A DNA stretch of 64,000 nt from Deltaproteobacteria bacterium RIFCSPHIGHO2_01_FULL_43_49 (GCA_001798075.1 MGRG01000005.1:1148-65147), one strand, 5' to 3'; counted from the first letter of the stretch, positions 29,352 to 39,692 are shown. The notes: generated from the sequence alone by a model not told the origin. A program made the numbers and translations.

Positions 29352-32072
29352 ATGGCACTCAGGAAGATCCTTCTTGTTTTTGGGAGTGTCTTGTTGTGGA
29401 CACTTCTCACCGGCGCTAACAAGACAGAGGACTGCCTGACATGCCATGAAGACAAGGCTCAATATAAAGAGTCTGTTCACGGGAAATATACCTGCTTTGA
29501 GTGCCATGCCGATCTGGCCAATGTGGCCCTGCCCCATGAAGCCGTCAAACCGGTTTCCTGTGTCCGCTGCCACACTCAAGTTGCCAATGTCTACCAACAA
29601 AGTTTGCACGGCAAAGCTGTCCAGGCGGGAGAAAAACTGGCACCCAAATGCCAAGACTGCCACGGAAGCCATGACATTAGTCTCGTCCGATCGCCCCATT
29701 CTAAAGTAGCCAAGTTTAACGTCCCCTTTGTGTGTGGTAGGTGTCACAAAGAGGGGAGCGAAGTCACCCAGACCTACGACATCCCCCAAGAAAAAATCCT
29801 GGAACACTATTCGGAAAGTATTCATGGCGAAGGGTTGTTCAAACAGGGATTGACAGTCACCGCTGTTTGCACCGATTGCCATACCGCTCACAACATTCGT
29901 TCCCATACCGATCCCCAATCCTCCATTTTCAGGGACAATGTTCCAAAAACCTGCCAGAAATGCCACGGACTCATCGAACGGGTTCACCGAAAGGTAATCC
30001 GGGGAGAATTGTGGGAAAGGGAACCCAACAAAGTTCCAATTTGTGTCGATTGTCACTCCCCGCACAAGATCCGCAAGGTTTTTTACGAACTCGGGATGGC
30101 GGATCATGACTGCCTGGAGTGTCATAGCAAACTTGATATTTCAACTACGCGTAATGGAAAAACGGTCTCTCTTTTTGTTGACGCAACGCAAGTGAAAGAA
30201 TCCATTCACAACAAGGTGGCTTGTGCCCAGTGTCATACGGGTGTCTCTCCAGTGGAAAAAAGGCCCTGTGCAACGATTACCACCAAGGTCGATTGTTCGA
30301 TTTGCCATGCGGAGCAAGTTCAAACCTATGTAACCAGCAAACATGGCCAACTCAGCTCTGAAGGAGATCCCAACGCCCCTGTTTGTCAGGACTGCCACTC
30401 TCCTCACTCCGCGAAAGGACATCGTGACCCTCAGTCCCCGACGTTTCCCACGAAAATACCTGAACTTTGTGGACAGTGCCACCGAGAAGGCAAGAAAGCA
30501 GCCATCCGTTATACTGGGGAAGAACGTCAGGTTGTGGAACACTATATGGAGAGTATTCACGGCAAAGGGTTGTTAAAAAGCGGCCTGGTCGTGACGGCCA
30601 TGTGCACCAACTGCCATACCGCCCATCATGAACTTCCTGCGAGTGATCCTCAGTCCAGCGTTCACCATGACAATATTGCAAAGACTTGTGCCCAATGTCA
30701 CAACGGAATTTATGAACAGTTTGTGAAAAGTGTTCATAGCCCAACCATCACCAAGACAGACAAAAAACTGCCGGTCTGCAGTGATTGCCACACCGCCCAC
30801 ACCATCAGCCGAACCGATGTAGAAGCTTTTAAACTGGAAATTATCAATCAGTGCGGTCAGTGCCATGAAGCGGTCGCCAAAACCTATTTTGAAACCTTCC
30901 ATGGAAAGGTTTCAAAACTTGGCTACACCACCGTTGCGAAATGTTATGACTGCCATGGGGCCCACGATATTCTCCCCCCATGGGATCCCAAATCGAGGCT
31001 CTCGAGAGCCAACATCGTCAAGACCTGCGGTAAATGTCATGAAGGCTCCCACAGAAGGTTTGCCGGATACCTAACCCACGCCACACACCATGATCCCGAC
31101 AAGTACCCGATTCTTTATTACACCTTTTGGTTTATGTCCTTCCTGCTGATCAGTGTCTTTATCTTTTTTGGTCTGCACACCCTCATGTGGTTGCCAAGAT
31201 CGATTAAGGAAAGGAGGCGACGCAAAAAACTGGGGCTCGAATACTCCGGAAAACATGTCGTTCGTTTTAGCAAGCTGGAGCGAAGACTCCATGCCATGGT
31301 CATTATCAGTTTCTTAGGGCTCGTGATAACGGGAATGACACTTAAGTTTTCTTATGCGGGATGGGCCCAGTGGATTTCCAAAGTTTTGGGTGGGTTTGAG
31401 TCAACCGGTTATATCCACCGCATCTGTGCCATCGTCACCTTCTTTTATTTTAGCGCCCATCTGGTCGACCTCGTTCGAAAAAAGAGGAAACTGAAAAAAA
31501 CCTGGAGAGAGTTTTTATTTGGCCCAGACTCGATGATTCCCATGAAGCGGGATTTGAAGGAGTTTTGGGAAACGATGAAATGGTTCGTCGGCAGAGGATC
31601 CAGGCCTATTTATGGACGTTGGACCTACTGGGAGAAGTTCGACTACTTTGCCGTTTTTTGGGGTGTCGCTATCATTGGCTCGACCGGTTTATTGCTCTGG
31701 TTTCCGGAATTTTTTACCCACTTTTTACCGGGCTGGTTTATCAATGTGGCCACCATTATCCACTCCGATGAGGCCTTGCTGGCCGCCGGCTTTATCTTCA
31801 CCATCCATTTTTTTAACACCCATTTCCGCCCGGAAAAATTTCCAATGGACACGGTGATCTTTACCGGCAGAGTTCCCTTAGAAGAGCTGAAAGAAGATCG
31901 CCCACAAGAATATAAAGAGTTGGTCGAATCGGGTGAATTGGAAAAATTATTAGCTCCCCCTCCAACAAAGTTGTTCGTTCGTCGGGCAAAAATTTTCGGG
32001 GCCATTGCGTTGGCAATTGGACTGACGCTGGTTGTGCTCATCATCCTAGCGGAGGTCTTTGGATATCGTTGA
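29352..32072 (+). CDS. 19-heme cytochrome c fused to an FdnI/HydC-type cytochrome b (extended CbcL-like)
   Basis: 19 CxxCH by hand count; C-terminal RFS..ERRLH, IHRICA, YWEKFDYFAVFWG, IHSDEA..A..FIFTIHFF. Confidence 0.9.
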   Translation: MALRKILLVFGSVLLWTLLTGANKTEDCLTCHEDKAQYKESVHGKYTCFECHADLANVALPHEAVKPVSCVRCHTQVANVYQQSLHGKAVQAGEKLAPKCQDCHGSHDISLVRSPHSKVAKFNVPFVCGRCHKEGSEVTQTYDIPQEKILEHYSESIHGEGLFKQGLTVTAVCTDCHTAHNIRSHTDPQSSIFRDNVPKTCQKCHGLIERVHRKVIRGELWEREPNKVPICVDCHSPHKIRKVFYELGMADHDCLECHSKLDISTTRNGKTVSLFVDATQVKESIHNKVACAQCHTGVSPVEKRPCATITTKVDCSICHAEQVQTYVTSKHGQLSSEGDPNAPVCQDCHSPHSAKGHRDPQSPTFPTKIPELCGQCHREGKKAAIRYTGEERQVVEHYMESIHGKGLLKSGLVVTAMCTNCHTAHHELPASDPQSSVHHDNIAKTCAQCHNGIYEQFVKSVHSPTITKTDKKLPVCSDCHTAHTISRTDVEAFKLEIINQCGQCHEAVAKTYFETFHGKVSKLGYTTVAKCYDCHGAHDILPPWDPKSRLSRANIVKTCGKCHEGSHRRFAGYLTHATHHDPDKYPILYYTFWFMSFLLISVFIFFGLHTLMWLPRSIKERRRRKKLGLEYSGKHVVRFSKLERRLHAMVIISFLGLVITGMTLKFSYAGWAQWISKVLGGFESTGYIHRICAIVTFFYFSAHLVDLVRKKRKLKKTWREFLFGPDSMIPMKRDLKEFWETMKWFVGRGSRPIYGRWTYWEKFDYFAVFWGVAIIGSTGLLLWFPEFFTHFLPGWFINVATIIHSDEALLAAGFIFTIHFFNTHFRPEKFPMDTVIFTGRVPLEELKEDRPQEYKELVESGELEKLLAPPPTKLFVRRAKIFGAIALAIGLTLVVLIILAEVFGYR

Positions 32073-32073
32073 T

Positions 32074-33834
32074 ATGAGATTGAGAAACAAAATCTTTTTT
32101 GTGACGGCGTTATCAATTTTTTCTTGTTTCGGTTTTTTTTCTGCTCACGCTAACGTCCACGAAGGTCTTGAATGCAATGCCTGCCACTTAGGTGAGAAGG
32201 CTAAAGAAGGGGGCATGCCGCCGGCCAATTGTGTTTCGTGCCATGAAGAAGTCGGCAACCTTTTAAAAAACTCTCCCCATGGTCAGGCCTTTATGGCGCG
32301 ATTCAAAACGCCTACGGCCAGTTGTCTTGCCTGCCATGGAGATCCTCATGAAATTCTAAGTCATCAAGATCCCAACTCCAAAACATCCCGTGTAAATCAG
32401 CCGGCGACTTGTGGCGCTTGCCATGAACATCCTTCCGAAATACCCCCCCATCTTGCAAAAAGAATGCCCATCAAATCTTATTTTATCACCGTTCATGGAG
32501 AGACTGTCCGAAAGGGAAATTTAAACGCTGCCTCCTGTGCCGATTGCCACGGATCCCATGACATCAGACCCCCGGGAGATCCGGCATCCCGGATTTCCCA
32601 TGGACAAATCGTAACGACTTGCGGTCAGTGCCATCAGGAAGAGGCAAAGACATTCGGATCCAGTGTTCACGGTTTGGCTCTGACCCACGGTATGCGAGAG
32701 GCCCCAACTTGTACTGACTGCCATGGAGAACATACCATTCGTTTTCCAGAAGAGATCGCGTCATCCGTTTGGAAAGGGGCCATTACTAAAACCTGTTCCG
32801 GATGCCACTCTTCAGAAAAAATAGCGGCCAAATTCGGTTTGCCCATTGATCGGGTGCAGACCTTCCTGGATTCCTTTCATGGATTGGCGGGACAGTTTGG
32901 CGATTTGAAGGTAGCCAATTGTGCCTCCTGTCACGGTTGGCATGATGTCCTCCCATCCAGTGATCCAAACTCCCGTATCCATCCGCAAAATATTTCACAG
33001 ACTTGTGGTCAGTGTCACCCTCATGCCGGTGTGGTACTGACTTCCGGAAAAATTCATACGTCACTATCCAAGAAGGGTGAGGGAAGTTCTATTGCTGGCA
33101 TCATACGGTCCATCTATTTAATCTTGATCCCTCTGCTGATTGCAGCCATGTTTCTTCACAACCTTGCCGACTTCTTAAGAAAGGCCCTTGCACGAACCTC
33201 TTCAGTATCCATTCATGAAGATGAAATTTTACTGACCTCTTCCGAACGTCTTCAACATGGAGGGCTTGTCCTTTCCTTTGTGTTATTGGCCTACAGTGGA
33301 TTTGCACTGGAATATGCAAACGCCTGGTGGGCCTTGCCCTTTCAACTCTTAGGGGGAGAAGAGACAAGGCGCAATATTCACCGCGTGGCGGCTTTCATTT
33401 TTATTCTCGTCAGTTTTTTCCATATTTGGTACCTTTTCCTTACGAAAGAGGGACGCACAAGATTTAGAGCGATTCTTCCGGAAAGACGTGACTTGTCGGA
33501 TCCATTCAAGATGATTCTTTTTAACTTGGGGCTGCGTCGGGAACGACCCATATTGAAGCGCTTTTCCTACATTGAGAAAGCGGAGTATTGGGCGCTGGTT
33601 TGGGGCTCCATGATCATGGTTTTGACCGGTGCACTCTTGTTTTTTCACAATTTTGCGCTGACGACGTTTCCTCTATGGGTGATCGAGGTTTCCAGGGTTA
33701 TTCATTTTCTGGAAGCTGTTTTGGCGACTTTGGCCATTGTTGTCTGGCATTTTTATTGGGTCTTGTTTGATCCGGATGTTTATCCCATGAACTGGGCTTG
33801 GTTGACGGGACGAAAAAAACGACCTCCAAAATAA
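32074..33834 (+). CDS. 10-heme cytochrome c fused to an FdnI-type cytochrome b (CbcL-like)
   Basis: 10 CxxCH; ERLQH, IHRVAA, YIEKAEYWALVWG, IHFLEA..A..VWHFY. Confidence 0.88.
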   Translation: MRLRNKIFFVTALSIFSCFGFFSAHANVHEGLECNACHLGEKAKEGGMPPANCVSCHEEVGNLLKNSPHGQAFMARFKTPTASCLACHGDPHEILSHQDPNSKTSRVNQPATCGACHEHPSEIPPHLAKRMPIKSYFITVHGETVRKGNLNAASCADCHGSHDIRPPGDPASRISHGQIVTTCGQCHQEEAKTFGSSVHGLALTHGMREAPTCTDCHGEHTIRFPEEIASSVWKGAITKTCSGCHSSEKIAAKFGLPIDRVQTFLDSFHGLAGQFGDLKVANCASCHGWHDVLPSSDPNSRIHPQNISQTCGQCHPHAGVVLTSGKIHTSLSKKGEGSSIAGIIRSIYLILIPLLIAAMFLHNLADFLRKALARTSSVSIHEDEILLTSSERLQHGGLVLSFVLLAYSGFALEYANAWWALPFQLLGGEETRRNIHRVAAFIFILVSFFHIWYLFLTKEGRTRFRAILPERRDLSDPFKMILFNLGLRRERPILKRFSYIEKAEYWALVWGSMIMVLTGALLFFHNFALTTFPLWVIEVSRVIHFLEAVLATLAIVVWHFYWVLFDPDVYPMNWAWLTGRKKRPPK

Positions 33835-35552
33835 ACTTGAAACCAGTTGAGAAAAAAATTTCTTGGTGGCGAAGAGCTCTTTATATAATAGGGGTAGACA
33901 CGACTGGCCCAAGTCGTTGGCATGTCCAGCTAAAACCCAGATTTTTTGCCATTCAAGTTTCGATCTTGGGAGTGGTCTTGCTCGCCTTACTCGGGGTCGC
34001 CAAATATTCGGAGAGTCCTTCGTTTTGCAACTCCTGTCATATCATGGAGCCTTACTATAACGCCTGGAAAACCTCGAAACACAACTTCGTGGCCTGTGTC
34101 GAATGTCACTACCCACCAGGCTCCCCTCAGACCGTTCTTTGGAAAAAATTCCAGGCCCTCTCCCAGGTGGTCAAATATGTGACGAGAACTTATTCTTCCA
34201 AACCCTTTGCCGAGATTGAAGATGCCTCTTGCCTTCGCTCGGGTTGTCACTCAACGAGACTTCTTCAAGGAAAAGTGGTTTCTGAGAGGGGAATTAAGTT
34301 TGATCACACTGCTCATATCACAGAGATAAGGCGCGGCAGACAATTGAGATGTGTTTCTTGCCATTCTCAGATTGTGGTCGGAAAACATGTCGAGGTGACT
34401 TATGACACATGTTATCTCTGCCATTTCAAAGGGCGTGGAAAAGGGAGAGACTTTCAACCACTAGGTGGTTGTTTGGGTTGCCACGATCTTCCGACAAAGA
34501 CGTTCCAAATTGGAAATATGGCCTACAATCATAAAGATTTTGTAACGAAGCAAGGGATTGCCTGTCAGAATTGTCATCTGGATGTGGTTTGGGGTGAGGG
34601 CGATGCCTTGCAAGATCGTTGTTTTACTTGCCACAATCAACCTGAGAAATTGGCCCGTTACAATGATATCCCTTTTATTCACGAAAACCATGTCACCAAA
34701 CACAATGTTGCCTGCTTTCATTGTCACCAGGAAATCCGTCATGTAATCGGCGAGGAACCTCTTGGGTCATCCAAGTTGCCCAACTTGAATGCCACTCCCC
34801 CACCCAGCCCGCCCGTTTCTGAAACGCCTGGACCCCATCCCACACTAGCCTTTGATTGTTCTTTCTGCCACCAAGGTAAACATCTAGGCCAACTCGAGAT
34901 GTATTCCGGAAAAGTGGGATCGCTGGGGCTCCCAGAAATTCCAAGCCCCATGTATGTTGCCAATGTTGATTGCATCGGTTGTCATTATCAAGAAATGATT
35001 TTGGACCAAAAAGAAAAGGAATTTCGTGGCACAACATTCAAAGCTTCGGAAGAAGCCTGTATCAAATGCCATGGAGAAAAGTTTAAGGGAATCTGGGAAG
35101 AGACTAAATTAGAGTTACAAATGACACTTTCAAAGATCGAAGAAAAACTAAAGATGGTTCAGAGGGGGGTAAAAACAGAGCAAATCAATCAGGTTGAACG
35201 CTGGATTCACTTTATTCATGCCGCCAAGGGAGAGCATAATATTTATTTGACCTCTTTTATCTTGCGTCAGGCGGATCAAATTCTCTCTGAAGCCCTAGAA
35301 AAGCTCAAAGTAAAAGCCCCTGATCTTTCATCACTTCCCCTTTTGTCGGGTGGTTTTTGTGCAACCATGTGCCATTCAAAAATGGGGGTTCAAGTTCCGC
35401 CGGAAACGGTTCAGGCCTTTGGAAAAACGATGCCCCACAAAATGCACACCGAAACGATGAGCTGTGTGACCTGTCATGATCTGGGTGGCCATAAAGAAGT
35501 CCCATTAAAAAAGGAGATCAAACCCTTCTGCGAAGGCTGTCATGCCCTATAA
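33798..35552 (+). CDS. NapC/NirT-type membrane-anchored multiheme cytochrome (13 CxxCH + CX4CH + CX3CH)
   Basis: N-terminal TM then FCNSCHIMEPYY..WKTSKH..VACVECH; start codon uncertain. Confidence 0.85.
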   Translation: MVDGTKKTTSKINLKPVEKKISWWRRALYIIGVDTTGPSRWHVQLKPRFFAIQVSILGVVLLALLGVAKYSESPSFCNSCHIMEPYYNAWKTSKHNFVACVECHYPPGSPQTVLWKKFQALSQVVKYVTRTYSSKPFAEIEDASCLRSGCHSTRLLQGKVVSERGIKFDHTAHITEIRRGRQLRCVSCHSQIVVGKHVEVTYDTCYLCHFKGRGKGRDFQPLGGCLGCHDLPTKTFQIGNMAYNHKDFVTKQGIACQNCHLDVVWGEGDALQDRCFTCHNQPEKLARYNDIPFIHENHVTKHNVACFHCHQEIRHVIGEEPLGSSKLPNLNATPPPSPPVSETPGPHPTLAFDCSFCHQGKHLGQLEMYSGKVGSLGLPEIPSPMYVANVDCIGCHYQEMILDQKEKEFRGTTFKASEEACIKCHGEKFKGIWEETKLELQMTLSKIEEKLKMVQRGVKTEQINQVERWIHFIHAAKGEHNIYLTSFILRQADQILSEALEKLKVKAPDLSSLPLLSGGFCATMCHSKMGVQVPPETVQAFGKTMPHKMHTETMSCVTCHDLGGHKEVPLKKEIKPFCEGCHAL

Positions 35553-35559
35553 GTTTTCC

Positions 35560-36729
35560 TTAAGAGGCAAGTTGGCGCTCCTTTTCGAACGGCGGCAGCA
35601 CTTTAACAAGGAAATAGAGTAAAACAAAAGGGAGGGCAAAAATCAGCATGGCCGGAAGGATCCCTTCTTTTGCCAGAAATTCGGGGTGAAAATCTCTTAG
35701 CCCCCTTAGGCTCTTCGACATGATTTGTCCGCCGATGACGACATTCCAACGCATGGCAAAGACCTGAATGAGCAAAAGGATTGAGGCAAAGAAGGTAAGA
35801 CTGTTTCGAACTTTGGGGTGCAAGTATTTATCCAGCAAAACGGTCACCATCAAAAGGATAAAGGGAATGAGAGATCCCAAAACCATTTGGACCGAGATGA
35901 ATGAGAAGGCAAGTTTGGTGGTAAGAAGCGGGGCGATGATCTCCCAAGCCTCGTTTCTTTCATAACTCAACGTAATGATTTCCAAGAGTTCCAATGTCAC
36001 GGTTTGGATCTGGAAATACCAGAGCCACCTGGCCAACCCTCGAACACAATCTTGACTCACCTCTGTGCCACGAAAAATCGCCATGAGTTGATAAAGGATG
36101 ATCAGAAGGGCAATCCCCGAGACAACGGCTGAAAACAAAAAAATGATCGGCATCAAAGGAGTGGACCACCAAGGGTTTGCCTTGACGGCGCCAAAGAGAA
36201 AACCGACATAGCCGTGCAAAAGACAAGCGGAAGGAATTCCAATCGTTGCCAAAATGGTGATTACTTTATGATCTGTCTTGATGGCTTCGTCACTAACATC
36301 ATAAACTCCCAGTGTAAGAATACGATAAGGCAGCGCTCGAATTCCTTTATAGGTGGTTGCAAAATGGACAATGTCTTTTCTAAAAACCAACCAGATTTCT
36401 AAAATCAGGACAACAAGATAACTGGTGTAGAGAATCCCAAATCCGGCCATGGCGGAGGAAAAGTTGGGGGTAATCATAATATTGAGAGCTCTCTCCGGAT
36501 GCCCCAGGTGATTAAGCAGTGGCAGTGTTGCGCACAAAAGGAAGGCCAGTGAAGTCAAAAGTGCGAAACGTCCGATCGGTTGATACTCTTTTTTTTGAAA
36601 AACATGATAGAAAGAGGAAACAATGAAAGCACCGGCAACAAGACCGGTGATGTAGGGATACATGACAATCATAATGCTCCAATGGATGTGAATGTCGTTT
36701 GGAAAAGTATATTGCAGGTATGGGAGCAT
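35560..36729 (-). CDS. NrfD/PsrC-family quinol-interacting membrane subunit
   Basis: W...IV.YPYITGLVAG, HLGHPER, SSAM..FG, HGYVGF, RWNVVIGGQ. Confidence 0.92.
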   Translation of the reverse strand: MLPYLQYTFPNDIHIHWSIMIVMYPYITGLVAGAFIVSSFYHVFQKKEYQPIGRFALLTSLAFLLCATLPLLNHLGHPERALNIMITPNFSSAMAGFGILYTSYLVVLILEIWLVFRKDIVHFATTYKGIRALPYRILTLGVYDVSDEAIKTDHKVITILATIGIPSACLLHGYVGFLFGAVKANPWWSTPLMPIIFLFSAVVSGIALLIILYQLMAIFRGTEVSQDCVRGLARWLWYFQIQTVTLELLEIITLSYERNEAWEIIAPLLTTKLAFSFISVQMVLGSLIPFILLMVTVLLDKYLHPKVRNSLTFFASILLLIQVFAMRWNVVIGGQIMSKSLRGLRDFHPEFLAKEGILPAMLIFALPFVLLYFLVKVLPPFEKERQLAS

Positions 36730-37553
36730 TAACGTGTCTCCTTATCGAAACCTAAATAGTAGCATCTCGGTTTTGTCAGTTTTTCGGGTTGTAGGACTGC
36801 AATATGTTCTTCCGTTACAATTTTGCGGATAGGGTCACGTTCGTTATTCATGTCGCCGAACAATCTGGCCCCTGTGGGACAGGCCTCCACGCAAGCCGGC
36901 TTTAAACCTTTTGTGATTCGATGATAACACCAGGTACATTTTTCAGCCGTTCTGGTGAGAGGATTAATAAAGCGACTTCCGAAAGGACAGGCTTGGACAC
37001 AATAGCCGCAACCGATGCAGCGCTTGCTGTCGACCAAAACCGCTCCGTCTTGGTTGGTATAAGAAGCCCCAACGGGACAGACCTGTGAGCAAGGGGTATT
37101 GGCACAGTGGTTGCAAAGCTTTGGAACAAAATAAGATTTGGAGACGTTGAATCCAGGGGTCATCGGTTTGAATCCGTTGATTCCTCCATCAGGAGATTCA
37201 ACAATGACTTCTCCTTTTTCCGAGACCACATAACGTTCGATCCAAGTTCTGAAAAAATGATCGGGAACTTTATTCTCCAGGGCGCAAGCCTTGACACACA
37301 TTCCACAGCCGATGCATTTATTGATGTCGACGACATAGGCAAAGAGGTGTTCGCTCGGATCATAGTTTGTCCCTGGAATCATTCCCAAGGCTTGTTCCGC
37401 CGCTTTTAATGGAGAAACGCGCATCAGACCTACAAAGAGAGCCACACTGGGAGCCATCTTGAGCGCGGAGGTTAAAAATTCGCGCCTCGAAATCGCATCC
37501 TCATCTTCTATTTTTCCCCCATTGGACTGTGGGGCTGATGGCAACTTAAGCAT
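36729..37553 (-). CDS. NrfC/DmsB-like 4x[4Fe-4S] protein, Tat-exported
   Basis: SRREFL; CIGCGMCVKAC, CNHC..PCSQVCP, CIGCGYCVQACP, KCTWC..PACVEACP. Confidence 0.92.
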   Translation of the reverse strand: MLKLPSAPQSNGGKIEDEDAISRREFLTSALKMAPSVALFVGLMRVSPLKAAEQALGMIPGTNYDPSEHLFAYVVDINKCIGCGMCVKACALENKVPDHFFRTWIERYVVSEKGEVIVESPDGGINGFKPMTPGFNVSKSYFVPKLCNHCANTPCSQVCPVGASYTNQDGAVLVDSKRCIGCGYCVQACPFGSRFINPLTRTAEKCTWCYHRITKGLKPACVEACPTGARLFGDMNNERDPIRKIVTEEHIAVLQPEKLTKPRCYYLGFDKETR

Positions 37554-37990
37554 ATTTCTTCATTCTCCAAGTTTTTGTCTTTCGAGACGACATGTTCATG
37601 AAAATCGATTTGTGGAAATGTTTTGGGCTTCGCCTCCAATTTTTGGTGACAACGGGCACAAAGGGCAAACGTTTTATGGATGGGCATGGGCTGAACGCCA
37701 TCCTCTGTCACATGCTGGGTTAGAGGGGCATGGCAATCTTGACAAGGAACGGCTGCATGTCTGCCAGCCAATTTTATTTTCCAAACATCGTCATGACATT
37801 CCGCACACGAGTTTGGATTGCCATGCACAATAGGCAAGCTGGCCTGCTCTGCCAAGTTCTCACCCCGGAAATGCCCATACAACCCAAAACTTTTGGGAAT
37901 CAAAAGCGCCCTAACGACAAAAAAGAGAAAGATGGCTGCACCCAAGAGAATAGCCGCACGGATCAAATGTCGGTGGTGTCCTTTGCCCAT
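37508..37990 (-). CDS. Tetraheme cytochrome c, membrane-anchored
   Basis: HLIR..TM..IPKSFG.YGHFRG; 4 CxxCH. Confidence 0.88.
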   Translation of the reverse strand: MGKGHHRHLIRAAILLGAAIFLFFVVRALLIPKSFGLYGHFRGENLAEQASLPIVHGNPNSCAECHDDVWKIKLAGRHAAVPCQDCHAPLTQHVTEDGVQPMPIHKTFALCARCHQKLEAKPKTFPQIDFHEHVVSKDKNLENEEICLSCHQPHSPMGEK

Positions 37991-38010
37991 GAATCCTTCT
38001 CATCTTTCTC

Positions 38011-38289
38011 TTACTTTCTTAAGCTCAACACATAATCGGCCAAGGCATTAAGCTCTTCATCGGTTGCTTTGACCGCAGGCATGGTGACCTTTGGATTCAC
38101 CGATTTTGGGTCTTTCATAAATTTGACCAACGAGGCCTTATCCATCTTGGAATCTTTGAGATCTCCGCCTTTTTTCCCTGCGGCGTGACAAGCCCCGCAC
38201 ATCTTGGCTTTGAACAGCGCGGCCCCATCAGCCCCCGCGAAGGCCGATCCCGCGACAGCGACTGCTAACAAACAGAGTATGATTTTCAT
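38011..38289 (-). CDS. Small monoheme cytochrome c (paralog 2)
   Basis: Start at MKIIL with AGGAGG RBS; ADGAALFKAKMCGACH...KVTMP. Confidence 0.9.
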   Translation of the reverse strand: MKIILCLLAVAVAGSAFAGADGAALFKAKMCGACHAAGKKGGDLKDSKMDKASLVKFMKDPKSVNPKVTMPAVKATDEELNALADYVLSLRK

Positions 38290-38335
38290 GACTTCCTCCT
38301 TTTTTAAAAGAATCATAAATGGCAAAAGAGCAATA

Positions 38336-38369
38336 TGAGCCAGATCATTCTTGGGCCTGATCTTTATCA
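38336..38369. promoter_or_regulatory. Tandem FNR-like boxes
   Basis: TGAG-CCAG-ATCA (38336) and TGAT-CTTT-ATCA (38358), 22 bp apart. Confidence 0.72.
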
Positions 38370-39692
38370 TATGAGGCTTGCCACGTGAACGGCATTTTTC
38401 ATTGTATCATTCACAGAGATCCCTTCCCAGTAATTCCCAGTCAGATAAAGGCCAGGGGATTTTTGAAGGTGCGCTCTTATTTTTTCTAATTTTTTTGGAT
38501 GTCCTAGCGTGTATTGTGGCAGCGCTTTCGTGTGTCTGGTTAAGGAGGCTTCTTCGATGCGAAACGAGGAGCCAAAAATTTGTCGCAGCTCATTGAGGAC
38601 CTTTGAAATGATTTGATCCTCTCCTTCTTGAAGGATTGTGGGATTCTTGGCACCACCGACAAAACAGGTGAGCAAGGCCAAAGAATCTGGGCAGCGATTT
38701 TCAAAAATGGAAGAAGACCAGAGACACCCGAGCAAGAAATTTTTTCCGCCGGCACCCGATAGAAACCCAAAACCGTTCAAGGGATGGTTGATGAAGGATC
38801 GTTCCACGACGAGATGGATTACAGCAAGAGGGGCATAGGGGACTGTATTTAATTGGAGTGCCAAACCAGGATTTGAATCTTCCAAAAGTCTGGCGGCCTC
38901 AAAAGCAGGGAGACCCAAGATCAGAACACGAGCCTCTTCTTCACGAAGTCCCCCTTGGTGTTTCCATTGAACCTTCCAGCCCTCCTTCAATTTTGTAATC
39001 GCAATGTCCTGGCACTCCAGTTGGCAATGTTTTTGGATCGTTTGATAAAGTGCATCGGTCAAGGTTTGCATCCCCCCTTTAAAGGAGTAAAGAGTTTGCC
39101 CTTGAGACAAGAGGCGTGTTTTTTTAAGGGCCTTAAACAAGCTCCCATATTCTCTTTCCCACTCCGTTATTTTTGGCGCAACAGCCTGGATACTGAGATG
39201 TTCGCAATCGCCGGCATAAATCCCGTGAATCATCGGCTTGACCAGATTTAGGGCCTGTTTTCCTAAACGCCTTGTCACAAATTGCGCAATGCTTTCTTCT
39301 CCGTTTAAGCTTCTGGCTGCGATGAGAGGTTCCAAAATCAGGCGAAGTTTTCCCAAAGGAGTTAAAAGAGGCGTTTTTAAAAATTGGGCCGGTGACGTGG
39401 GAAAAGAAATCAATTTCCCCCGCCTCAAGACAAAACGATTTTTTGAAGACTCCCTCGCTTGGATCATTTCGCCCGTTAGTCCCAGCTCTTTAGCGTGAGC
39501 CATTAACGTATCATGGCTGGACAAAAAACTGTTGGGTCCTTTTTCCAAAAGAGTTCCATTGGTGGTGACAGTATGGAGACATCCGCCACAGCGTAAGGTC
39601 TTTTCTAATAGCAAAAAAGAAAAACCCTTTCGCTTGAGATGATAAGAGGCTGTGAGCCCCGCGATTCCGGCCCCCAATATAATGGCATCCAT
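38367..39692 (-). CDS. hemG: Protoporphyrinogen/coproporphyrinogen oxidase, HemY-type flavoprotein
   Basis: GAGIAGL, E.GPNSF, GIYAGD, GFGFL, ALPQY..GH, GNYWEGISVND. Confidence 0.9.
   Translation of the reverse strand: MDAIILGAGIAGLTASYHLKRKGFSFLLLEKTLRCGGCLHTVTTNGTLLEKGPNSFLSSHDTLMAHAKELGLTGEMIQARESSKNRFVLRRGKLISFPTSPAQFLKTPLLTPLGKLRLILEPLIAARSLNGEESIAQFVTRRLGKQALNLVKPMIHGIYAGDCEHLSIQAVAPKITEWEREYGSLFKALKKTRLLSQGQTLYSFKGGMQTLTDALYQTIQKHCQLECQDIAITKLKEGWKVQWKHQGGLREEEARVLILGLPAFEAARLLEDSNPGLALQLNTVPYAPLAVIHLVVERSFINHPLNGFGFLSGAGGKNFLLGCLWSSSIFENRCPDSLALLTCFVGGAKNPTILQEGEDQIISKVLNELRQIFGSSFRIEEASLTRHTKALPQYTLGHPKKLEKIRAHLQKSPGLYLTGNYWEGISVNDTMKNAVHVASLI

Noticed and set aside
29337-30125. 262-aa antisense ORF and the many other short overlapping ORFs in the track
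   Set aside because: Lie opposite or inside well-supported genes and carry no motifs; shadow ORFs
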